Part shown: piece by piece, positions 19,776 to 30,500 of the stretch
Layout of the letters: each line of letters starts with the position of its first letter
Numbering within the stretch: the first letter of the stretch is position 1
Assembly (NCBI GenBank): GCA_944391835.1
Contig: CALXVA010000003.1
Span: forward strand, 1-55,852
Direction: 5' to 3'
Length of the DNA: 55,852 nt
From: an uncultured Clostridia bacterium
GTDB lineage: Bacteria; Bacillota; Clostridia; TANB77; CAG-508
Made by a program: the position numbers and the translations under genes
Notes under the pieces: model-generated
Database searches by the model: none
Seen by the model: the letters and a program-made list of their open reading frames with translations, nothing else
What the model was told of the DNA's origin: nothing

Positions 19776-20033
19776 ATGGCAACAAGAGAAAAAAATATAT
19801 GGATACTATTAGTGTTCATTTTATCTGGAATAGTAGTAGGAGGATTACTTGGAAATCTTGCAGGACGTGTTGACTTTTTATGGTGGTTATCTTATGGAGA
19901 AACATTTGGATTATCAGAGCCAATAACATTAGATTTACAAGTTATACAATTAACATTTGGGCTTATGTTTGAAATTAACATATCAAGTATTATAGGTATG
20001 GTGCTTGCAATATTTATTTATAAGAAAATCTAA
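19776..20033 (+). CDS. DUF4321 small membrane protein
   Basis: 'WWLSYG..FG....LDL.VI.LTFG....INI.SIIG'; usual position upstream of radC-mreB in Clostridia. Confidence 0.75.
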   Translation: MATREKNIWILLVFILSGIVVGGLLGNLAGRVDFLWWLSYGETFGLSEPITLDLQVIQLTFGLMFEINISSIIGMVLAIFIYKKI

Positions 20034-20077
20034 TTATATAATATATATAGGGGGCAATTAAGAAAGGACTGAAAAAT

Positions 20078-20779
20078 ATGAAGGTTAAAGAGCTTCCTAT
20101 ATCAGAAAGACCATATGAAAAATTAGAAATGTATGGTGAAAAAGCATTATCAAATGCAGAACTTATTGCGATTATAATAAAAACTGGAACAAAAGATGAG
20201 AGTAGTGTAAGTCTAGCTCAAAGGATATTATCACTAGAAAAAAACGGAGAAAACAACTTAAGCTTTTTACAAAATGTTTCAATAAAAGAATTTATGAGTA
20301 TAAAAGGGGTTGGAAAAGTAAAAGCAATACAGCTAAAGGCACTTTGCGAATTAACAAAAAGGATGTCCAAACCCTTTGATACTAGTCAAATACAAATTAC
20401 TTCACCAAAAGATGTAGCCAAAATACTAACTAATGAAATGAGATATGAAAAACGAGAGGTTGTAAAAGCTATAATCCTTAATTCTAAAAATATAATAATT
20501 AAAATTGTAGACATTTGCTATGGCGGAACAAATTCTGCAATACTTTCGCCAAAAGATGTTTTACAAGAAGTTATCAAAATAGGAGCACCAAAGATTATTT
20601 TAGTACATAATCATCCAAGTGGAGATCCAACACCAAGCAAAAAAGATATTGATTTTACAGATAGACTATTAAAAGCATCTAAAATTATAGGAATAGAGCT
20701 TTTAGATCATATTGTAATTGCGGAGTATGGATACAGTAGCATTTTTCAAATAATGCTAGAAAATGGAGAAAAACTTTAA
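20078..20779 (+). CDS. radC: RadC (JAB/MPN) family protein
   Basis: ERPYEKL...LSNAELIAII, HhH 'IKGVGKVKA', HNHPSGDPTPS..D, LLDH. Confidence 0.95.
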   Translation: MKVKELPISERPYEKLEMYGEKALSNAELIAIIIKTGTKDESSVSLAQRILSLEKNGENNLSFLQNVSIKEFMSIKGVGKVKAIQLKALCELTKRMSKPFDTSQIQITSPKDVAKILTNEMRYEKREVVKAIILNSKNIIIKIVDICYGGTNSAILSPKDVLQEVIKIGAPKIILVHNHPSGDPTPSKKDIDFTDRLLKASKIIGIELLDHIVIAEYGYSSIFQIMLENGEKL

Positions 20780-20805
20780 TTATAAATTTAGAGAGGGGTA
20801 TTTTA

Positions 20806-21834
20806 ATGAATTTATTTGCAAGATCAAAAGATATAGGTATTGATTTAGGAACGGCTAATACTTTGGTTACTTTAAAGGGAAAAGGAATAGTTTTAAACGA
20901 ACCATCAGTTATTGCTATTGATAAAAAGGCACATAAAATACTAGCAACAGGACACGAAGCAAAAGAAATGCTTGGCAGAACACCGGAAGGAATAAAGGCT
21001 ATTCGACCAATGAAAGATGGGGTTATAGCAGATTTTACGGCAACTCAACTGATGCTAAAAAATATAATATATAAAATTTGCAAGCGATATAATGTAAATA
21101 AACCAAGAGTTGTGGTAGGAGTGCCATCTGGAATTACTGAAGTAGAAGAAAGAGCAGTTGAAGAAGCTATTTTACAAGCAGGCGCAAAAGAAGTGTATCT
21201 AATAGAGGAACCAATGGCGGCAGCAATTGGTATAGGATTAGAAGTTGCAGAGCCAACAGGAAATATTGTGGTAGACATAGGTGGAGGTACTACTGAAGTT
21301 GCAGTAATTTCATTAGGAGGAATTGTTGTAAGCAATTCTATAAGAATTGCTGGAGATGAATTAGATGAAGATATAGTAAACTTTGTAAGAAAAGAAATGA
21401 ATTTGGCAATAGGAGATACAACTGCAGAACAAATAAAAAAGGAAATTGGATGTGCAAAACCGCTACTTACAGAACTTACGATGGAGATAAGTGGAAGAGA
21501 CCTAGGAACAGGATTACCACAAACAGTACAAATTACCTCAAGTCAGGTAGAAGAAGCTATGAGAGAGTCTATTGAAAAAATAATAGAAGTAATAAAACAA
21601 ACATTAGAAAGAACTCCACCAGAACTTTCATCAGATATTATGGAAAAAGGCATTGTACTTGCTGGTGGTGGTGCCTTAATAAAAAATTTAGATAAGCTAG
21701 TAGCAGAAAGAACAGAAATGCCAGTATATATTGCAGAAACTCCCCTAGACTGTGTAGTTAAGGGAACAGGTAAAACCTTAGAAGATTTAGAAAAACTAAA
21801 AACAATATTGATAAATGCTAGAAGAAGAAAGTAA
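20806..21834 (+). CDS. mreB: Rod shape-determining protein MreB
   Basis: GIDLGTANT, EEPMAAAIG, VDIGGGTTEVA, LAGGGAL. Confidence 0.96.
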   Translation: MNLFARSKDIGIDLGTANTLVTLKGKGIVLNEPSVIAIDKKAHKILATGHEAKEMLGRTPEGIKAIRPMKDGVIADFTATQLMLKNIIYKICKRYNVNKPRVVVGVPSGITEVEERAVEEAILQAGAKEVYLIEEPMAAAIGIGLEVAEPTGNIVVDIGGGTTEVAVISLGGIVVSNSIRIAGDELDEDIVNFVRKEMNLAIGDTTAEQIKKEIGCAKPLLTELTMEISGRDLGTGLPQTVQITSSQVEEAMRESIEKIIEVIKQTLERTPPELSSDIMEKGIVLAGGGALIKNLDKLVAERTEMPVYIAETPLDCVVKGTGKTLEDLEKLKTILINARRRK

Positions 21835-21854
21835 AAAAGGAATGATAAGCTAAG

Positions 21855-22682
21855 ATGTATAAAAACAAGAAAAAGGGAATTGTGGGAATTATTATAACTA
21901 TAATAATTATTATTTTACTAGTAGTATTTACTAATAGTGAGGTTAATCAAGTTTCATATATACAAGATATATGCAATATATTTGTTATGCCAATTCAAAA
22001 TGGATTTACCTATTTAAAAAATAAAATATCTGGAAACGATAGCTTTTTTGCAGACATGGACACATTAAAAGCCGAAAACGAAGAACTTAAACAAAAAAAT
22101 AGCGAATTAGAGCAATCTTTAAGAGAGCTAGAAATAATAAAAGCCGAAAACGAAACTTTAAAAGAATATGTAAATTTAAAAGACAAATATGCAGATTATA
22201 ATACAATTCCAGCAGATGTAATAAATAGAGATATTAGTAATTATAGTAGCACTATAATTATAAATGTAGGTTCGGATGATGGAATTAAAGAAGAAATGAC
22301 AGTTATTGCAGATAGTGGATTAGTTGGACATGTAATATCTGTAACCAATAATACTGCAAAAGTTCAGACAATAGTAGATACTGCAAGTGCTGTTACAAGT
22401 ACTATAAGCACAACAGATGACACAATAGTAGTACAAGGTACATTGGATGACAAATCGACTCTTAGAGCTACATTCATACCAACAGATGCAGTAGTATTGC
22501 AAGGGGATAGTGTAGAAACCTCTGGCATTGGCGGTATATATCCAAAGGGAATACATATAGGAACAATAACAGAAGTAGTAAACACAAGTAACATTACAGA
22601 TAGATATGCAATAGTACAAACAGCAGTAGATTTTAACAAGTTAAATACAGTTTTAGTAATAACAAATAGCGTGGAAGGATAA
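21855..22682 (+). CDS. mreC: Rod shape-determining protein MreC
   Basis: TM + coiled coil, GLVGHV, ETSGIGGIYPKGI; follows mreB. Confidence 0.93.
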   Translation: MYKNKKKGIVGIIITIIIIILLVVFTNSEVNQVSYIQDICNIFVMPIQNGFTYLKNKISGNDSFFADMDTLKAENEELKQKNSELEQSLRELEIIKAENETLKEYVNLKDKYADYNTIPADVINRDISNYSSTIIINVGSDDGIKEEMTVIADSGLVGHVISVTNNTAKVQTIVDTASAVTSTISTTDDTIVVQGTLDDKSTLRATFIPTDAVVLQGDSVETSGIGGIYPKGIHIGTITEVVNTSNITDRYAIVQTAVDFNKLNTVLVITNSVEG

Positions 22683-22749
22683 TTATAAACTTAAGTGAAA
22701 ATTATTTCTAAAGTAAAAAAGTAAAACGAAGAAAGGAAGATAAAGCAAT

Positions 22750-23283
22750 TTGAAAAAAGTATTATCAATAGTATTAATAATATTAAGCTTTTTAATAATA
22801 TATTTTATCCAGTCAAACCTTTTCTCGTGGTTTACTATAGCAAATGTAAAACCGAATTTATTTGTTATATATATATTGTGTATAGGATTATTTGCAGGCA
22901 AAAAACTAGGACTAATTTTTGGAATAATATTTGGTTTCTTCCTAGATGTAGTAATTGGACGCCAAATAGGAATTTCGGGAATTATGCTAGGTATAATTGG
23001 ATTATTTGGTGAATATTTAGACAAAAATTTCTCAAAAGAAAGCAGAATAACAATAATGCTTATGATTGCAGCATCAACAGGAATATACGAAATAGGTTGT
23101 TACATATTTAATATATTTGCATTAAATATAAATTTAGAAATATTGCCATTTATAAAAATACTATTTATAGAAATAATATATAATTTACTAATTACTATAG
23201 TAATATATCCTTTGATACAAAGATTAGGACATGCATTAGAAGAAATTTTCAAAACCAAAAACATACTTACGAGGTACTTTTGA
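22750..23283 (+). CDS. mreD: Rod shape-determining protein MreD
   Basis: Hydrophobic, 'KPNL', 'GFFLDV'; follows mreC. Confidence 0.88.
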   Translation: MKKVLSIVLIILSFLIIYFIQSNLFSWFTIANVKPNLFVIYILCIGLFAGKKLGLIFGIIFGFFLDVVIGRQIGISGIMLGIIGLFGEYLDKNFSKESRITIMLMIAASTGIYEIGCYIFNIFALNINLEILPFIKILFIEIIYNLLITIVIYPLIQRLGHALEEIFKTKNILTRYF

Positions 23284-23322
23284 TAATATAAATTAAAAAA
23301 ATACATAAATGGAGGTGAGTTA

Positions 23323-25404
23323 TTGAACAAAGAGAAAAATAGAAACGATAGAATAAGGTATAACATACTTACAACAATAGTATACATAGCAGGCATAATT
23401 TTGATAATACAGTTATTTAATTTACAAATTATACATGGAGCAGAATATAGAGAAACATCAAACTCAAGACTTACAAGGGAAACTGTAGTTAAAGCAGCAA
23501 GAGGCTCTATAAAAGACAGAACTGGTGTAGAATTAGTAAGAACAGATACTGGCTATAGTGCAGAGATATATAGCACAAAAGTCAGTGATGAAGAATTAAA
23601 TTTGGCTATAGAAAAATTTATAGAAATATTAGAGTCTAATGAGGATAAATATATAGATAACTTACCAATAAGAGTTGATCCATTTGAATTTACTGAAAAA
23701 GACGAAAAAGACCAAAGGGAATGGAAAAAAGAAAATGATTTAGATGAAAATTATTCTGCAGAGCAAGTATTTTATGCATTGAAAGAAAAGTATGAAATTT
23801 CGAATGATGATGTAAATACGGCAAGAAAAATAATGGCAGTAAGATACGAAATTTCTAGTGTAGGATATAGTAGCACAAGGTCTGTTACAATTGCAAGAGA
23901 TATAAGTAACACTTCGGCAGTCCAAATAAGGGAACAAAATGCAAAACTTGCAGGTATAAATGTTGTTACAGAACCTACTGTATCATACACTTCCGGTAGT
24001 TTAGCATCGCACATTTTAGGATATGTTGGAGCAATAAGTGAGGAAGAATACAGTACAAGAAAAGATACATACAGAAATGACGACATAATTGGAAAAGATG
24101 GTGTACAAAAAGTATTTGAAGAATACTTAAAAGGAACAGATGGAGTAAAACAAGTGGACATGACTGTAGATGGTGCAATAACTAGTGAATATATATCAGA
24201 AGAAGCAATAGCAGGATCGGATGTAGTACTTACAATAGATGCAAATCTACAAAAGGTAGCAGAAGATGCACTAGAGCGAAACATAAAAGATATTGCAGAT
24301 GGAAAATATGGAGAAGGAAATGATACTGATGCTGGTGCAGTAGTAGTAATGAATGTAAATACTGGAGAAGTTTTGGCAATGGCAAGTTATCCAGACTATA
24401 ACCCAGAAAGATATTCAGAAGAATATGATCCAAACGATGAAACAGGAAAATACTATAACAGAGCAATAAGAAGCATTTATGCTCCAGGTTCTACGTTTAA
24501 AATGGTTGTAGCATCAGCTGCCTTAGACACAGGAGAAATAACAACGAGAACTAGAATAAATGATAATGGCGTATACCCTTATGGAGATGGACAAGCATGC
24601 TGGTATTATAGAAGCTATGGAGTAGGACATGGCTATTTAAATTTAACTCAAGCTATAAAATACTCATGTAACTATTTCTTCTATGATTTAGGTTACAGAA
24701 TGGGAATAGATACAATAGCAGAATATGCAGGACGTTATGGACTCGGAAAGAAAACTGGAGTAGAGTTAATGGGAGAAAGTAGTGGAATAGTAGCGAGCAG
24801 AGAGTATGCAAATAGTATAGGTTATACTACATGGTACCCAGCAGACACATTATCTGCAGCAATAGGTCAAAGTTTTAACTCATATACTCCTATTCAAATG
24901 GCAAGATATATAAGTATGATAGCAAACGGTGGCAAAAACGTAGATGTAAGTATTATAAAATCTATAATAAATCCAGATGGATCAGAAGTATCAAAAGAGG
25001 AAATAGAAAATTTTGTAAAAGAATCTATAGGGACAGAAAATGAACTTAAAGAAGACTTAAATATATCTGAAGAAAACTTAGATGCAATAAGAGATGGAAT
25101 GAAAGGTGTTACAAGTGAGTCTGGAGGAACTGCATACTCAACTTTTGCAGACTTTGATATTGACATAGCAGGAAAAACTGGATCTGCACAAACAGGAGTT
25201 GACGGAGAGGCTCATGGATGGTTTGTAGGATTTGCACCTTATGATGAACCTGAAATAGCAGTAGTAGTAATGGTAGAAAAAGCAGGTTCGGGAGGATATA
25301 CTGCAGTAGTAGCAAAAGAAATTATGGAAGAATACTTTGGTATGAACTCAGAAAGAGTAACAGAAGATAAAAGTGCAGAATCAAGTATAGAAAGTGTAAG
25401 ATAA
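23323..25404 (+). CDS. mrdA: Penicillin-binding protein 2 (class B)
   Basis: ARGSIKDR dimerisation motif; STFK, SCN, KTG catalytic motifs; follows mreD. Confidence 0.93.
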   Translation: MNKEKNRNDRIRYNILTTIVYIAGIILIIQLFNLQIIHGAEYRETSNSRLTRETVVKAARGSIKDRTGVELVRTDTGYSAEIYSTKVSDEELNLAIEKFIEILESNEDKYIDNLPIRVDPFEFTEKDEKDQREWKKENDLDENYSAEQVFYALKEKYEISNDDVNTARKIMAVRYEISSVGYSSTRSVTIARDISNTSAVQIREQNAKLAGINVVTEPTVSYTSGSLASHILGYVGAISEEEYSTRKDTYRNDDIIGKDGVQKVFEEYLKGTDGVKQVDMTVDGAITSEYISEEAIAGSDVVLTIDANLQKVAEDALERNIKDIADGKYGEGNDTDAGAVVVMNVNTGEVLAMASYPDYNPERYSEEYDPNDETGKYYNRAIRSIYAPGSTFKMVVASAALDTGEITTRTRINDNGVYPYGDGQACWYYRSYGVGHGYLNLTQAIKYSCNYFFYDLGYRMGIDTIAEYAGRYGLGKKTGVELMGESSGIVASREYANSIGYTTWYPADTLSAAIGQSFNSYTPIQMARYISMIANGGKNVDVSIIKSIINPDGSEVSKEEIENFVKESIGTENELKEDLNISEENLDAIRDGMKGVTSESGGTAYSTFADFDIDIAGKTGSAQTGVDGEAHGWFVGFAPYDEPEIAVVVMVEKAGSGGYTAVVAKEIMEEYFGMNSERVTEDKSAESSIESVR

Positions 25405-25413
25405 AAAGAAAGT

Positions 25414-26040
25414 GTGAAATTTATGAGTAATAGTATTAATATTAGTATTAAAAAGAATCAAGTGATTATTAGAATAGAAGAGAATGCAGAGCAAAAAGAA
25501 GTTATATCTGACTTAAAAAAGAAAATGATTGAACTAAAAAATTTATACAAGGAAGATAAAACACCAATATTGATTACAGGTAAGGTATTAAAAAATAAGG
25601 AAATGGACGAAATACAAGCCGTAATAAGAAGATTTATAGATGTTCAAATGGATTTTGATAGCCCAAAAGTTTTGGGATTACATGGCATAAAAAAGACATT
25701 CTATAAGGAAGTAGCTACATCAGAAACCAGATTTCATAAGGGTTCGTTAAGGTCAGGACAAAAAATTGAATCTGAAGGAAGCATAGTAATAATTGGTGAT
25801 GTAAATGCAGGAGCAGAAGTAATAGCAGGAGAAAACATTGTAGTACTTGGAAATTTAAGGGGACTAGCTCATGCTGGAGCAAAGGGAAACAAAGATGCAA
25901 TTATAGAGGCATCTGAAATAGATTCAGTACAAATTAGGATAGCAGACAAAATAAAAGAAATAGAGAAGAGTAAAGGTGAAATTAAACAAATAAAAACATC
26001 TGCATATATAAATGATAAAGATGAGCTTATATTAGAGTAA
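25414..26040 (+). CDS. minC: Septum site-determining protein MinC
   Basis: SLRSGQ, GDVNAGAEVIA..NI.V.G.LRGLAHAGA. Confidence 0.93.
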   Translation: MKFMSNSINISIKKNQVIIRIEENAEQKEVISDLKKKMIELKNLYKEDKTPILITGKVLKNKEMDEIQAVIRRFIDVQMDFDSPKVLGLHGIKKTFYKEVATSETRFHKGSLRSGQKIESEGSIVIIGDVNAGAEVIAGENIVVLGNLRGLAHAGAKGNKDAIIEASEIDSVQIRIADKIKEIEKSKGEIKQIKTSAYINDKDELILE

Positions 26041-26125
26041 CTATTTATAAACATAAATAGCTATGATACTAAAAAGGTAAAAATTAGAAACAATATGTAT
26101 TTCAGAGCAAATAAACAAATTCTAA

Positions 26126-26158
26126 TAAAACATCCCATTTTTTTAATGGGATGTTTTA
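26126..26158. terminator. Bidirectional terminator
   Basis: TAAAACATCCCATT...AATGGGATGTTTTA between convergent genes. Confidence 0.75.
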
Positions 26159-26524
26159 AGATAACAGTAGCATAATTAAAGAAATAAACAAATACTCATC
26201 CTGTACACCTTCCTTATATAAAAAGAAAATAAGGCATAACAACAAAATATCGTCAGAGTAAAGCTTAATACCTAAAATTTCTAAATAATTTTCTTCATCA
26301 ACATTGCTTTTCTTGCTCTCATCTTTATATTTACTAAAATTAGTTGATTCAAGGTCTCGAGTTATACCTTTAGAATTAACATTTTTATTCTTATTACTAT
26401 TTGCAGTAGATTTTCGATAGTTACGACCATAATCCTTAGAACCACTAGACATGTTCGCACTTTGTGGATAACTCCTATACGACTTTGTGGGAAAATGTGG
26501 ATAAAATGGAAAATTATACATCAT
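26156..26524 (-). CDS. Hypothetical protein with hydrophobic C-terminus
   Basis: Low-complexity N-terminus; 'DDILLLCLIFFLYKEG..D..LFISLIMLLLS'. Overlaps the stop of the upstream gene. Confidence 0.65.
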   Translation of the reverse strand: MMYNFPFYPHFPTKSYRSYPQSANMSSGSKDYGRNYRKSTANSNKNKNVNSKGITRDLESTNFSKYKDESKKSNVDEENYLEILGIKLYSDDILLLCLIFFLYKEGVQDEYLFISLIMLLLS

Positions 26525-26939
26525 TCTTATTCTCACCACCTAGGGAATTAAGCACTTCAAAAGCTTTTCCTAATCCAAATAGTTGAACATATTGATCAAC
26601 TTTCTTTTTTCTACTTTCTTTTAAATATGGTTTCAAAGATATCAAAAGATTACTTCTGGGGTCATTTTTATTAGAATTCATAGATTCCATTACTTGTTTC
26701 ATCTTTAAAATTGTATTTATATCTATATCTGGAATTGTAGAATTAGAGTTATTAAAACCATTATTTGAACTATTAGAATCCTTATTACTATTTGCAGAAT
26801 TTCTAGAATTTTCACCAGAATTATTATTAGAGGAATTTTTAAAACTATTTAAAGCATTTTTTAAATCTTCAGGAAATTCATTATTTTGTAGCATTTTATT
26901 AAATTGTTCCATAATATTATTCATATCACTATTATTCAT
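26514..26939 (-). CDS. Hypothetical N/S-rich protein
   Basis: RBS GGAGGG; C-terminal 'DPRSNLLISLKPYL...RKKKVD' resembles clostridial sporulation-associated hypotheticals. Confidence 0.7.
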   Translation of the reverse strand: MNNSDMNNIMEQFNKMLQNNEFPEDLKNALNSFKNSSNNNSGENSRNSANSNKDSNSSNNGFNNSNSTIPDIDINTILKMKQVMESMNSNKNDPRSNLLISLKPYLKESRKKKVDQYVQLFGLGKAFEVLNSLGGENKNDV

Positions 26940-26970
26940 CTAAATCCCTCCAATACACAAACAATGTAAA

Positions 26971-27123
26971 TTACTTATTTTTCTTAATATCGTTTATAAT
27001 TGAATTTGCATCATTATTCTTTAGCATTTCACTAACTTTACTAATACCTTGTTCTAAATCTTTTTTGTCCATTTTTGCTAACATGGCCATTAACTCTGCC
27101 ATATTCATACTATTATTATTCAT
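26971..27123 (-). CDS. 50-aa small protein missing from the ORF track (MNNNSMNMAELMAMLAKMDKKDLEQGISKVSEMLKNNDANSIINDIKKNK)
   Basis: ATG at 27123 with RBS AGAGGTGA, TAA at 26971. First gene of the 3-gene minus-strand cluster. Confidence 0.7.
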   Translation of the reverse strand: MNNNSMNMAELMAMLAKMDKKDLEQGISKVSEMLKNNDANSIINDIKKNK

Positions 27124-27210
27124 ATAATCACCTCTATATAATATATGTTTAAAAAACTATAATATAATATGTGGAAAAAATTTAAGTGTTACAAAGTAAC
27201 TTTGTAAAAT

Positions 27211-27227
27211 TGTAATCAAAATGTAAT
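27211..27227 (+). promoter_or_regulatory. WalR/OmpR-type direct repeat upstream of the giant surface-protein operon
   Basis: TGTAAT-CAAAA-TGTAAT, plus a third in-phase half site TTTAAT at 27233. Confidence 0.5.
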
Positions 27228-27355
27228 ATAATTTTAATAATACTCTTAAAAGGGAGCTTCCGTAAAGACTTTTTTTAAAACATCAATAGATTGAAGAAAA
27301 TATAGGTTGCAATATTGTTAAAAGATGCTAAAATAAGATATAAGTTATAATATAT

Positions 27356-27478
27356 TGTCGAAAAAAGGGGATAATTGAAAAATGTATGTAAAGTATAACC
27401 TTAATAAACATAAAAAGTTTATGAAATTTTAGGAAAAGACTGAAAAGTATTGAAAAAACTATAAAAATGTCGTATAAT
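27356..27478 (+). promoter_or_regulatory. Sigma-A promoter with Spo0A boxes
   Basis: TGTCGAA at 27356-27362. TTGAAA (27450)-17 bp-TATAAT (27473), with TGTCGTA (27468-27474) overlapping the -10. Confidence 0.55.
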
Positions 27479-27511
27479 ATATTATATGTTAAGAAATAAA
27501 TGGAGGTTATT

Positions 27512-30500
27512 ATGAGTAAACTATTTGAAAAAACTATTGCACTAATCATGGTCATAATCTTAATGAGTGCTAACCTATTAATTATAGGTGAGTTTACTAT
27601 AGCGCGTGCATTAAGTGATGAAGAGTTAAATGAACAAACATCAGAAACAAATCAGAGAAATGTACAATTTAACTCGTATTTTTATGGAGAAACGCATAAT
27701 CAAACTTTTGATATCGGATCAGAAGATGCCAAGATGTATCTAAGAATTGTGGTAAACAATGCTGGATATATTGATAATGGAACAACAATTGAATTTCAAA
27801 ATGCGAACTTCAAGATAAAAGATGGAGTTTCAAATGAAAATATCAAAAGCATAGATACAGAGAGTAACAAAATCGTTTTAAACAAAATTGATAATGGTTC
27901 AGATATTACTTTAGAAATTCCTATTGAAATTTTAAAAGGAGATAACGTATCATTAGATTACTTCTCAAAAGAAGCAACTACTAAACTTTTAGGAACTTAT
28001 GTAGATGGAGAAGGAGAAAGAAGATCTCTTGAAAAAGAAGTAGTTAATAAGCTTTCTTGGAGAGGAACAGCTGAAGCAGAAGTAAGTATAGAAGCTACAA
28101 AATATATACCATACAATATAGAAGAAAGTGCAGTTACAAGTGAAGAAACAGAAGTAAGTACTAACCAAGCTACAGAACCTAATGCTAATGAAAGCACAAC
28201 TCCAGAAATAGGTGTGGATTTAGGAGCAGGAGAAAATGTAGAAGCAAATGCACAAGCTAGCGAGGAAGAAGCTGAGAGTGTGCATGAAAACTATGGAGTA
28301 ATGGTTCAAGTAAAAGTAAATTCAAATGTGAAAGATAGTAACTTACCTATAAAAAATACGATGTTAGAAATAACAGCACCAGAAATAAATAGTAATAAAC
28401 CAACTTCTGTAACTGTTATTGCAAATAAAACAGAAGCAACAAACGGTAAAACAGATGGATTAGAATTTACAAATAGTAATTATTCATATGATATAGAAAC
28501 AGGAAAAGTAACAATAAACACAGCTAACTTACAAGATAGCATTTCATGGAAAAAGAATGTTAAAGATGAATATATAGTTACATATATATTTGAGGGAAAA
28601 GAAATATATGATTATGTAATGCAAAACGGACTAGATTGTACTACAACAGCAGTTGCAAACTTAACATTATATAATAATGAAGAAAGCACAATAACAACAA
28701 ATGCAATTGCAGAAATAAAATATACAGAGCCAACAGGCGAAATGACAGACTTTGACATGAATGCAACTAAAGATTTAAGTAAAGGATATGTATATGCAAA
28801 CTACGAAGCAAGAAACAAACAAGAAACAGAATACTATACAGATTATATAGCAACAATTCATAGTGCTAAACTTACTACATCATTAGAATTTGCACAAGAA
28901 TATGATAAATTCTTAACAGAGGATGAAAGACAAGCGTATACAACAATAGATGACAAAAACTATGCATACAATAAGAGAATAGAAATAAGCCAAGCAATAT
29001 TTAATAAAATTTTAGGTGAAGATGGAGAAATAACAGTAAAATCATCAGATGGAACAGAACTTGGAAAAATAAATAAAGAATCTACATTAGAAGATGGAAT
29101 ATATAGCTTAGACATAAGCGAAAGCAACAACAATAGATTAGTTATAACAACAACAGCACCTATTACAGAGGGAAAATTTGAAATAAGAATAGTTAAAGCA
29201 TTAAAAGGAGAAATAGACTATTCTAGAACTCAAATGCAAAGCTTTAACAAAGTAAGAACTGAATTTGAAGGAAAAACAAATATAGATAGTACAGCAAAAA
29301 CTGTAGACATAGAATTAAAAGAACCAGAAACAAAAGTAGAATTACAAATAAGTAAGCCTAATTTAACAACAGTTTTAACAAATGAAAATGTAGAAATAAG
29401 AGTAATACTCAATACTTCTAGTATATATAACGGATTGTTTAAAAATCCAACATTAAAAATAACATTACCTTCATATATTAGAAGAATTAATTTAAAAGGT
29501 ACAAACATTTTACTAGGAAACGGACTTGAAATTAAAAATGCCGGATTAATAGAAGAAAATGGACACGCAGTTATTATGGTAGAGTTAGAAGGAAATCAAA
29601 CAGAATATGCTATAGATGCAGAATATAAAGGGGCAATAATAGTACTAAATACAGACTTAACTACAGACACACTAACACCAAGTGGAAGTGACAAAATTAC
29701 TTTAGAGTATACAAACGAAAATGAAGTAGCTACAAATACAGAAGGAAGCTTATCGGCAGACATTAATTATGTGGCACCAAGTGGTGTAGTTACAGCAAAT
29801 GGAGTAAGCAATTACAAGGATGGAGAAGAAGATGTTTTATCAATATCTGAAGAGCCAATAACATTACCAATAGACACATACTCAGACGAAAGAACAACTA
29901 CAATAGAAGGAACTGTAATAAACAACTACGAGAATGATATAAGTAATATTTCAATATTAGGAAGAATTCCAGCACAAGGAAACACACAAATAGATACAAA
30001 CAACGAAATGGGTTCAACATTCTCAATGCCACTTGCAACACAAGTAGAACTAAAAGGAGTAGACAGCAAAAATTACACAGTATATTATTCAGACAATGCA
30101 AATGCTAACAAAAATTTACAAGATGCAAGCAATGGTTGGTCAACAACTGCAAGAACAAGTTCAAAATCATACTTAATAGTATTTAACGATGATTACAAAA
30201 TGAAACCTGGCACAAAAATAGACATAAGCTATGATATGGTAATGCCAGAAAACTTAACACCAGACAATGATACATATACGATGTACAAAGTATACTATAC
30301 AAACGATTCTGAAATAGGACAAATGGTAGAAAGCAAAACATCTTCTGTAATTGGTTTTTCTACAGGAGAAGGACCAGAAGCAGAAATAACACTTTCTACA
30401 GCAACAGACACAGTAAGAGGTGGACAAATTGTAGAAATGACAGCTACAATTAAAAATACTGGAGATACAGATATAGAAAATGCAAAACTAAAAGCAATAG

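Noticed and set aside
19592-19819. ORFs 19592..19819, 27328..27555, 42562..42915 and 47313..47612
   Set aside because: They overlap promoters or real genes on the opposite strand and have no recognisable motifs.
20078-20779. radC as a marker of a mobile or anti-defence element
   Set aside because: It is the full-length HhH-containing form in its usual chromosomal position before mreB.
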